A stretch of DNA of 64,000 nucleotides from the NCBI GenBank assembly GCA_030704615.1, contig JAKLZA010000023.1:3001-67000 (forward strand), in the 5' to 3' direction. The translations under genes and the position numbers were made by a program. This DNA is from Takakia lepidozioides (Eukaryota; Plantae; Bryophyta). Shown here piece after piece: positions 43,973 to 55,079 of the stretch; position 1 is the first letter of the stretch, and each line of letters begins with the position of its first letter. The notes under the pieces are model-generated. The model had not been told where the DNA came from. It saw nothing but the letters and a program-made list of their open reading frames with translations, and did no database searches.

Positions 43973-46900
43973 TCATGAGAGCAGTTTCTCTACATTGTCC
44001 AACCCCCGCACGATATACTGGGCACACTGCATTCGCTGCCCAAGTGCAAACTTGAAAGTAAACCAGTCCTTCGTGAAAGGTGTTCCTCTCTCTGGCTTTG
44101 CAGTCTTGGAGACATTTGCTCTGACTTTTACCCACTCATAAAACACTTGAATGAATGACATGACGTAAAAGCCACACTCCCAGCTGAATGGTTGCTGGGG
44201 CACATCAGGCGCGTGGAACTGAAATGCTTGGACAATCTCATGCCACTCTGGTGAGTCCATCGAGTACCCTAAGCACTCAGCATGAAGCTTCCGAATCCAC
44301 CCTAGAACAAAGGGACATTTATGCGAGTCCCTGATAGAGTTCAGGTGAGTGTAACAGCCCTTGCGGAGGTCGATGATACAAACACTCCAGTGCCCCCTGC
44401 AATGGTATCAAACAACATGGCGTCATTGCACACAATCATGATGGGCAGACTCAGCAGACTGACACTCAGCAGACCCACTCAGCAGACTCAATCTTCAAAC
44501 CCAGTCCACTGCACAAATACAGAGGTCAACTTAATCGCTCAGAGTCAAGACGACACTGAAACCAGACTATGACTCAGGAGACAGTCTCAGCAGACTCGGA
44601 AGAGTTCTTACTCGTCCCCAATTGGCACCAAAATGAAATCGCACTCTTTCAAGTCCTTGCCCAGTCGTTCAGTGCTGAGGCAACCTTTCAAGACCTCCAG
44701 AAGGCTTTCATGTTGCCCCACCCCCAATGACTTCAACACCGTCCACGTCGACGTTGGAAGAACAACAATAGTGTTGGTGAACGCAGCCTCAACCGACTTC
44801 TCATAGAATCGACACCACAGCTCAGGAGTCTATCTGTGCACTCCGACTCAACCTTCTGGAGCGCCTTTATGTCATCCGGCGACAGTCCGCATTCAAACCG
44901 TGGGTCCCCTTCAAAAAACATCAGCATGGAATTACCCGCCTTCACGTGCAGAGCATGTGCTTTGCCAAACCGAGCACCCATCCTGCACAGAGCAGACCAT
45001 CCTTCGGGAAGCCTCATGTACTGAACAGACTGACGTCAACATGGTACCAAACACTCTACAGGCTGAACAATTCATCAGACTGACAAGACTAACCACAACA
45101 GACAATGATGAAACCAGCAGCAGACTGACCAGCGTGCAGACTGACCACAACAGAGCGCAAAGCACTTAACGACAAAGACAGACGAGGAGACTGAGCACAG
45201 TACTCACCTGTGCTGCTCCAGGAAACGACCCACATCTTTGTCCATGTCCAAGGCCAGCTTGCGGTTCTTGTTCATAAAGACGCCAGACTTTTTCTTCGCC
45301 GGTCTCTTGGTACTCGGACCCTCCTCGACCTCCTCAGCATGGTCCACGACAGTCCGCTTCTTGGCTTTGCCTCTCCCCTGGGAAGCAGGGACAGCTGTAG
45401 GCGGGCTGGATAGAGCAGACAAACGCAGCGCTGCCGCCCTACTTCGCAACAGAGGCTGGTCAGCAGGTTTGTTTACACTTGCTGGACCTGTCTTTGCAGC
45501 TTCGTGGGTCGCATGCGTAGAACTGACCCGCGCATCGGGGGGCGTGCTCACCCCCACACCTTTTCTTGGTTGTCGATCCCACGTTTGCAGCATGGGCGGA
45601 AGATGTCATGTCCTCAGAAGTAGACAGTCTGCCGACGAGGGACGAACATCCTGTGAGGATACCGAGCAAAATGACGAATTAGCCCAATTTCACAATGTGC
45701 TAAAACATAAACAACAGTGCTGAAGAGGAAATGGACACAACCTGCCCAAGGGGTGAGGGAGCAGACTCCATGTAATCCAGCGCTATACCAGACGGTGTCT
45801 GCGCGCATGTGGTTCCTTGTCAGTGTGCCTGCCAGCATGTTCAGTCTGTTGCTCAATGTGGGCAGTCTGCTCGGCCGCCGGTTCTTCGTCAGTCCTTTCG
45901 TCTGTGAACTGTGCAGTCTGCTGGCAACTCTGCGGTTCAGTCTCTTCCTCAATGTGGGCAATGTGCTCGGTGGCAGGTTGGTCGTCAGTCAGTCCCCTCT
46001 GTGAAGTGTGCAGTGTGTGGTCAGGCCGTGCAGTCTGAACTGTGCAGTCAGAGCTGAGCTGTGCAGTCTGCCGCTCCGAGCCATCCTGGTCAGTCTTCCA
46101 TCTGTGACCTGTGCAGTCTGCTGGTTAGTCTGCGGTTCAGTCTGCTCATCAATGAAGACAGTATGCTGCCCCGCCACAGGTTGCTCGGCAGTCCTTCCAT
46201 GTGTCCACTGTTCAGTGTGCTGGTCAGTCTGGTGGACAGCCGGCTGGGTGTTCGGATCTCCATGGACTTGGGAAACATCAAGAACATGTATGGAAGACCC
46301 ACCGGCAATTGCTTCCTCAGACTCTTCTGTAAGATCTATGATACGGTTTTGCGTTCCCAGATTGAGTTCGGTCATCACGTAAGACTCATCTATGGCTTTC
46401 GCCACTGAGCGCACGAAAACGGGACTAAGCTGGAAGGTCATAGAAGGCAGGCCACGGGGAGCTGGATAAGAATGCTTTACCGGTGACCTGATGACGTCGT
46501 CAGTGAATGTGCCTGGGGGAAAAGTGGACTCGGTCAAAACACTCATACTGGCAGATCCAAAAACATGTTGTTGGGAACTCAGCAGAAATTCGTCCACAGG
46601 GTCCCGGTGAGGCCAGTGCATCCGAGTCTGTTGCACAATCAGGGAACAGACTGGCTGTTAGTCTCCTGGATAGTCTGCTCGGCCATCTGCTGAGTGGGTT
46701 CGCAGCACAGTCTGCTGAGGGGCGCTGGCAGTCTGCTGATGAGGGGCAATCTGCTGGCTGGATTCGTCGGCTGTACAGTTGCTGAGGGGCAGTCTGGTGG
46801 CCATGTTCGCTGGTCTGCTGCACAGTCGGCTGAGGGGCAGTCTGTTGGCCGGTCTCTGTCTCCGGTCTGCTGCAAAGTCTGCAAAGTTCGCTCCGCTCAG

Positions 46901-49684
46901 TACTGTTTACATACTGAGTATGTGTGTGCGGGGCAGTCTGCTGGGAGTGATCCGGCCTATTACCCGGGACGGTCTGGTGCACATGCTCGGTCTCCAGCAC
47001 TTGGGCAGTCTGCCCACATGTGTCGTGGGGAATATGTTGTTCGACATTCTTGTGGCCAGTCTGCTGGACAGTCTCCCGAACTCCTTGTAAAGCCAGGACA
47101 AGGTCCCTTGCACCTCTGGCAAAAGAGTCGAAAGCAGCCTGCACTTGCTTGTCTCCCAGATCAACTCGCCCTGCAACACATGTTTATGCAAATGTGAACT
47201 TGTAAAAAAGTTGGCAAAAGAAATTGAGCTGAAACACGAAAGTTGCCCATAACATTTTACCTTCCAAGAGATTTCCGACGAGGCCAATGTCCTTGATTTG
47301 CCGGCACAGGCATGCTCCATCGAGATGAGCAATGGCGCCGATGCGGTCTTCAGTTGGGATCCCACACCACAGGACTTTGAAGACATTGGGATTCTGCAAA
47401 ACAATGTCGAATACTGCTCGCTCCATCACCAATGCAAACCAGTGCAATGCGTCATCCACCACAAACTTCTGTGAATGGTCTGTTCCATGGAGTAAGTCCA
47501 TCCTCAAACTATGCAGATCCTTCATCAACTTGTTGTATGAGCGGAAATTGCCAAATTGCATCCATCTGTGTTGTAGGAAGGAAGCTGCCATGCGCTCAAA
47601 GTCCTCCTCAGTCAATCCGAACAAGTGCTTTCTTCGCACCCCAAAGGTTGGATGTGCCATAGGCATATGTCTGAGGTTCAGGGTCATCCATGAGAATCAG
47701 CTGCACAAGTAGAGGCGGCGCATTTTGGTCGCTTGTGGCTTCAATGGCAACAGCAGAGGCGGCTTCTAGAACATGGTTGGCTTCCTCAATAGAAAACTCC
47801 ATGGAATAATAAAAAGGGTACAAATGACCACCGGCGGTCCGCAACAATCCGGTGGAGCTCATTATGCCAATCCAAATGGGGATTAATTTCTCCACCCTAA
47901 GCCGGGGAAGTGTGAGGTCTTCAGCTCCGGGTCGAATTACCGGTGATGGCGATCGCCAAACTGCAAAAAAGCGTCGTGCTATGTGAGAGAAAGGCAGTCT
48001 GCTGGTCAGTCTGCTGGTCCGCAGTCTGTTGGATGACAGGACTTCCCATTGGCATGGGCTGCATGATGGGCTCCTGGAGAGGAGTCTGCAGGATGACAGG
48101 CTGCTCGTTGGGACTGCTCGTTGGAGTCTGCTGGATGACAGGCTGCTGAACGGGAGTCTGCTGGATGACGGCCTGCTGAATGGGAGTCTGCTGGATGGCA
48201 GACTCGGCTGTCCCAGACGCATCCCCCCCCCGACGCGTCTTGAATATGTAATGCCGCTATAGCAGCAGATGACCCAGGATACTTCAAATATGTACTCTCG
48301 CACGCGGTCCACTTCCGCACGCACTGCAGTCGCTTGTAAAGGAGCATCATTGCTAGGTATCCGCCAAGCCTGAATGGCCCTACGAATAGAAACACGTTCA
48401 TCCTGGTACACGGCAGAGAACTTGGACGTCAGGACATGGACGTGGACTCTATATTCACCTCATGCAGCGGACTGGACTCACAGACCAGCAGACTGTAACG
48501 TGCGTACGTAGGGTGGAGGCAACTAGTAGACTATACCAGTGGACTGGACAGCGGACTGACAAACGGACTCAGTAAGTAATGCAGCGATATAAAACAGACT
48601 AACTGACGAGCGGAGTGAGCCAGCGGACTGAGGAGAGAACGCAGCGGACTGACCAGACTGAATAGGCAACGTGACCCCGATGATGGACTCAAAAGCACAG
48701 AGAACAGACTGGGCGGTCAGACTGACCATTACCTCCTCTACTTCATCATCGTCATCTTCATCTTCAAAGCTGTTCAACCAGTTCTGTTCCGCCTGTCGGA
48801 ATGAATGTGCGTAGCAGACCTGACTGGGCAACTCTGTAGAAATAACGGAAGAAGTCTGGATCCCCAATTGGGGGCACTCTGGTGGGAAAAGCCCAAAGTC
48901 AACGAGGCGCAATGTGCCAGGGCAGACTGGCCCTTCAGTGCTCTGTTGAGTTTTTGGTTTTGACCCTAAACCGATGGCATGGGTCGCGATATTTGTGTGA
49001 GTCTGCTGCCGAGTCTGGTCAGGCAAGTCAATGTCCACTGGACTTGTCACCCCTTCCAGGCCCTGAGCAGATTCACTTTCAGTATCAGTACTGATGGGTG
49101 GGTCTGCGCCCAGGACGGGGTTCAGTCTGTTGCGTGGATTTTGCCCTTGCCTCGCGAGCAGACCTTGCAGCTTCTCCTTTTTTTGCCTCTCCTTTTTGGG
49201 CCCCATCACTCAGTTTACGTTTTCTGGGAGCGTCCGGCGTTCCCTGCACTTGCAAATCCTCCATTGACGGGCCACCACAATGGACGCCATACCGTGCGCG
49301 CACTTCGTCTAATTCCAAAGTGCGGGGTCAAGCACTGATCCGCGCAAGCGCATTGTGGCCTCTTTGACAATCGACATTTCTTTCAGTATCGGCCAAGGCT
49401 TGAAATCCCGTGGAATCATTGCAACAGTCTCCTTGCAACCCGTGTCAACACAATGCCGATTTAGTTGGATTTTGTCCTTGATAACCTCTTCACAGAAGGG
49501 ACAGAAGAGCTTGTCCTTCTGCCAATTCGAGTTTTTGGGCTTCCGGGCGCGGAGGTCTACAAATGCTTCCACTATTTATGATCAAACTCGTCTGGTGAGT
49601 ACCAGTACCTTCGCTCCTTCTTCAGTCTGGTTTGGTGCACAAAATCCACCAGTCCGCTCCACCCTTTTCACAAGCATCCTCCAT
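43973..49684 (-). CDS. MULE accessory multi-exon gene: N-terminal CxxC...H finger, acidic tract, unknown globular domain, Q/T/P-rich linker, C-terminal Ulp1/C48 SUMO-protease domain
   Basis: FCPFCEEVIKDKIQLNRHC at ~49500. Spliced FILVPIGDE|GHWSVCIIDLRKGCYTHLNS and VPQQPFSWECGFYVMSFI. Exon model of the middle is uncertain and could represent two genes. Confidence 0.75.
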
Positions 49685-52214
49685 CGCTGCAGAATGAAAC
49701 GAAGGTGCAAGGACAATGAGAGCGACAGATAGAAGTCCTATGAAAAGACTCACCCTAAGCAAGAAGAGGACACAGAATGGAATGGAAACACCGCAGCAAG
49801 TGAGAACCTCACCGAGCGATGAACTTCGAGTTGTTACGAAGGCGAGTGTTTGCGACGCTTCGCGGCTCACCGCGACTCTCTCCACACCTGGGGAAGAACG
49901 GTCGTCTTTCGTTACGGTGATGGAAACGCAAAGAGGAAAACAAAACAGTGCAAAACAGTGCGAAGAAACAGGCGCGAAGAGAATGGAGTCGATCGCACAG
50001 GGAACATGAGAAGAAAGTAGAAGTAGAAGGGGGAAAGCGGGCATGGCACTGCCAACGTGCGCGATTTCACAGGCGCCAACTATCCGCCGTCATCGCATTG
50101 AATACGTCCACCGAACGAACGCATCGTACTAAATTCATCCACGGTCCTCGCAAGTGCAGCAGACTCATTTCCCATCGGGCCGAGAGTCCACCGGACCGCC
50201 AGTCCCGGACTATTCGCTTTGCTGAGGCGAAGCGGCTTCATATTGGAGGCACTTCCCTGCCAGCGGAATGAAGACAAAAGAGAGTAAGGGGAGAAAGGAA
50301 AGTCGAACACACCCATTGCGAACAGACTCGCGGCACAACAGACTGATGCATGCACAGTCCAACAGACTGATATCCATAGAGGAGAACTGTCCAGCAGACG
50401 GACGTTTCGGCAGACTGGCGGGAGAACAAGCCAAAAGACTGACCGGAGGGAAAATAAGAAGTCAAACAGACTTAGTGCAACAGACTTCCGACACAACAGA
50501 CTGACAAATTCACAAGTGCGACAGACTGATATCCAACAGACGGACTTCCAGCAGACCGCCTCCAAACTGACTGTTATGCACGCGATAAGGGAATATCCGG
50601 AGCACTGACGGGCCAGCGGACCCACTGTGAACAGACTCGCGACACAACGGACCTCAAACATCCACGCGCATTTGCAGATGCAATTGTCTCAGCCTGGTCC
50701 GTCTCCTGGCAAATGCGACAATGTACGATTCTGCACCTACTCCCGTCGTGGCTCAGACATCTGCATTCAGCAGGTGCGTGTGGATGTTTGAGGACCTTAC
50801 GACTGGATGGTGTTCCTTGACGACTCGAATTGCTTTTTTGTGCTGCCATCCCTTATATAATACCATGTGGATCCATCACAAAGCTGGGTTTCTTCAGATT
50901 CTCCACCCTTTTCCACAACTTATGCACGACGGATGCAAGCCGCTATACTTGGTCACATAAACAGTCCCATCGTCCGATACGAAATCTGCAATACACGCCC
51001 CCATGTGCATACGCTTCCACCATTTTCGCGCCCATGTTACCCATGGGTTCCTTTAACGAACTAAACTTGTGAAGGCTCTCATGAGGGATGCAGTATGAAG
51101 GGGCTAAACGTATCATGACGGATCACAAGCAGAGGACGTTATCGACGACAGATGTCCGCATTTTCCATATTTATGACATAGAACCAAACCATAAAACGAA
51201 GGTTCCCGAAAGCACAACAAGAAGGCAAAAATAGTGGAAGCATATGCACGATGGTGGCTGTAGTGCCAGACAGTCTTCTCATGTTCAAGCACACGCTTCA
51301 TCATCATCATGAACATCGCGCGCAAAAGAGGAACAGTCGCGTGTGGAAACGCCTACCGCAACATCGGACAACAAACAGCCGTCAAAAGAGAGCGCCATTT
51401 GGTGGGAAGATCATTGCCATTTTCGCAGCCCTAAAAATGGAGGGCTCGGATGGGTTATGGGAATGGACGGTGGCGATCCTGCGGACTGGATGGCGACTGG
51501 CTGACTGGACTACCGGACTGGCTGGCAGCTGCTAGGCAGCGGACTGGCCAGCAATGGACTGGCAGACTGGAGGGCCGCGGACTCATGGGCGGGGGAATTG
51601 GCCGCGCGGCGGCGGGGGCGCGGGCGCGATTGCTGCAGCCGCGCCGCGGCGCGGCTAGGCGATCGCGCGAAGCGGAGGGCGGGGTGCTGGGGAGCCGGGC
51701 GTCCGTGCGCGGGGCCCACCGGCCACATCGCACGTGCCCATTGAAGACCCTATTATCTTAAAATGAGAGGCTTTCTTGTGAGGGCTGACTTTGAATTAAT
51801 AAGCTATGGAGGACATTTTGCCCTCACCTCAAACACATACAAAAGACCCTAATAAAAGAAAAAGTTGTTTGATTTGAAACTTCCACAGTAGTTGGCTATG
51901 ACAACATACCACATTTCTATATGTGGGAGACAGGAGCAGGAAAAATCCACCCATTACCTAAATAGTTTGGTCAAAGTTCAAATTCTATACTTTACAAAAT
52001 CCCAAAAAACAAAACCCTCTCACTAAAACACTAAAATCTCTCATGATTTATAGTGAATGTTTCCACAATTTGATGAGTAGATGTATATGGTAGACAAGAT
52101 AAACTTGGTAAGGTTCATTTTTTTATGTATCAGGGTAGGTGTGTAGCCTCAGTTAACTAACTAGAGGTTACTTTTTTTAGGGATGAAATTTGGCCAATGG
52201 CGGGCCCTTAAGGG

Positions 52215-52660
52215 TTAAGGGCGGGTGGACACCTTGGCTTGTCATTTGTAGACTAGATCCTGCAGAGTACCCTGTAGAGATGATCCTCCAAAGTGGATCC
52301 TCCATAGTGGATCCACAAAGTGGACCCGGCAGAGTGGAGGTCCAACGGGTGGACCCTCTAGAGTGGACCAGGTGGGCGGAGGCAGCCTGTGACTGCGGAT
52401 GACCCCGTGGGTCCGTAATGGCCGGGCCATAGGCAATAATAATATACAACCAATATATTAGGGTCTTTAAGGGTTGACACCTTGGCTTGTTACTTGTAAA
52501 GTGGACCCTGCAGAGTACCCTCTAAAGATGATTCTGCAGAGTGGACCCTCAAGAGAGGACCCGATGAGTGGGTGCCTCGACTTGTGACCTACAGAATGGA
52601 CCCTCTAGAGTGGACCTATAAAGTGGACCCGATGAGTGACCCTCCATATTGGACTATGTG
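52215..52660. repeat. Two ~250-bp related units with internal AGAGTGGACCC arrays (transposon subterminal-like)
   Basis: ttaaggg..gacaccttggcttg..cctgcagagtaccc at ~52215 and ~52466, with many gtggaccc/gtggatcc copies. Confidence 0.75.
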
Positions 52661-55079
52661 AGTATATTCAATGTCATTTTTAATTAATAAATTTATCAAT
52701 TATCAGGTATCTAGCAGGCAAAAACCTTGTAAAGTCCGTATGTAGAATACACATATATAATTATATAGAATATTTATACAATACTAATATCACAAATAGA
52801 ATACTCATACCAGAGCAAATGAGGAAGATGGTGGGGGAGTATTGCTACCTAGGACATGCTCTGTAGTTAAGAGATTCTTTATATCCCCTCAATCTATAAA
52901 AAGTTGAGGCCTTTGTCCCTCTTCTTATATATATATATATATATATTGGTATGGCGGTTGGTATATAAAAGTCAATACCAGCCTTGTCTCGTATCAATAT
53001 ATGAATCGAGAGAGTTGTTTGTTTGTTTGTTTTGTAGCATTGTTGAGATCTCCCAAACTGCGGGGCCCCAACGTTGGTGCTTGGTGCTGTTGGAAAGCCT
53101 TCGATGAGGGGTGCACAGGCTTGGTCTCATGATTTTTGGACCTGCGGTGTGGGAGATGTTGAATTTCAAGTACTTCTGGTCGCTGGAAATTCGCAAAAAA
53201 TAGCAAAGTGGGTTTTTCTTGGAGCAATGATTGGCCCTTCACGTGGCAGATTTGGAATTTCAAGTGTTTTGGTCGCTGGAATTCGCGAAAAATAGCCAAA
53301 GTGGATAGGAGAAGCTTGCCTGCACTTGGTGAGAGCGAGAGTAGTAGACCGTGCGGAGGGCACCCTGGCTTGGGACCCGGCCTTGGGGCACCCCACTGCC
53401 CCGGGGGGGGGGGGGGGGGTCGGCGTTGCCGAGTCCACGGGGCACCCGGCCGCGTAGGGGGTTGGTCATTGCGCGACAGGCCAGCGATGCATTTATTTAT
53501 CTCTCGGACTTTGAAGATAAGCTGGAATATGTCGCAAGTTTGGAGGAGACTTTTGAAAGTGCGCACATATATGGTGAGCCTCTTTCACCTCCTCTTTTTG
53601 AGAAAGCATATTTTTAGCTTTCGGATGTTAAAGTTGGATATTGATGGTGGATTGGAGACAACACACGAATCCAAATTTGACGAGCACGAAGAGGCATATG
53701 GATCTTTCCATATTGACAATGATGTGGAACTATGTGCAATCGGTAACGATCCTTCTCTATGTACTTTCGGGAATATGGAGATAGAACGTTCTCCAAAATT
53801 CATTCAATTTGCATTTGGAAGTATGAGCCTCATGATTGAATGTTTAGAGGCAAATGTTTTGCCAACATTTGCATGTATTCGTGAAGTTGATCCCAATTTT
53901 CGACCATCTACTCATAGTCATGGACGTCCTATAGATGCCAATGACCCCATAGCTACCCTTGAAAGATGGAAAAATCTTCAATGCAACTACAAGGTGCATT
54001 ATTTTGAAGGAGGTAAGAGTTTAATTCCGGGAATTGATGCGAAAAATAGGCAAGTCCCTTGCTTGGAAAATTGTTCCGAAGCTCACAATCAAAATGGTGA
54101 CAACCACTTTCCATTGTACCAAGTGTTACACTTGATTGTAAAGAATAATCTAAAATGAGGGCCCCCATAATCAGCTCACTAATTAAGAAAAAAATATAAT
54201 ATTAGTCACACACTCCGAGGACCGATACTAAATCAGCACAACATGGCTCACAATTGAGGTATAAAGGTATCCATGAGATTGCAGGAAAAGCTTGTATCTT
54301 TGGAAGTTGATGTACAGATACTGCAAGAACCGAGAGCCTCTTCTGTGGAGCTTCAGCATGTGTCACAAGAAGGCTGGCAGGCTGAGAACCGAGCCGAAGC
54401 ATAATGCATGTATGTACAGTCCATTGCACGCACAATGCAAAGACAAGTTTCATCAGAGTCTTCCCTTCTAAGAACTTGCAGAAAGAATGCCTGTTTGTTT
54501 CGACGTGTCCTTAGTTGAATATATCAAGCACCTGGCGTTGCAAGGCCTGAGAGGTCCAAAAAATACATGTTACTAAATCTTTTTCAGTCATTCGAGGGGT
54601 TTGTTTTGATCGTGATTGACCAAGACTTAATCCTGCCTACAGGAGCTGAAATTCACCCATCACATTCTCCTCATAGGAAACTTTGAAAACTTTCTGAGCA
54701 CGGGAGAATGTGACACTAATCAGACAATTATACCATTGTGTGGTCTCTCTCCTGCAGTGGCCTCTAAAAAGCATGGGCATGTTTGCATATTGCATGGTGA
54801 ACAACCATAATGTGGATCCAAGCTGGATGATTGCATCCATCAACCTTTCGCACTTCTTACAGTATGTGACCTCATGGAATCCTGGTGGGATCGCCCAAGT
54901 GCATTATTGCATGCTGATGCTGCACAACGCTCAATGCAGCGGCACATAGTGAGGTCCTTTCTCCAATTTCTCCAATGATGTGGAATTGTTGTTCCACCAT
55001 GAATCCTTAATTGAAGTGGGGACAGGGGCTTGTGGCGCAAATCATCAGCAACCAGTATTTACCACATTTTGCTTTGGGT

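Larger units (their letters stand above)
39484..51771. mobile_element. Full-length autonomous-type Mutator-like element (12.3 kb)
   Basis: Perfect 9-bp TSD TTTCTTGTG (39475-39483 and 51772-51780). TIRs identical for ~70 bp (gcctctcattttaagataatagggtcttcaatgggcacgtgcg...) and similar over ~300 bp. Contains two convergent genes. Confidence 0.96.
38930..52214. mobile_element. Non-autonomous piggyBac-like element (~1 kb of own sequence) interrupted by the MULE
   Basis: TTAA|CCCTTAAGGGCCC ... GGGCCCTTAAGGG|TTAA. Rejoining the flanks matches the empty paralogous site at ~52455 (tattagggtctttaaggg..gacaccttggcttg). Confidence 0.8.
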
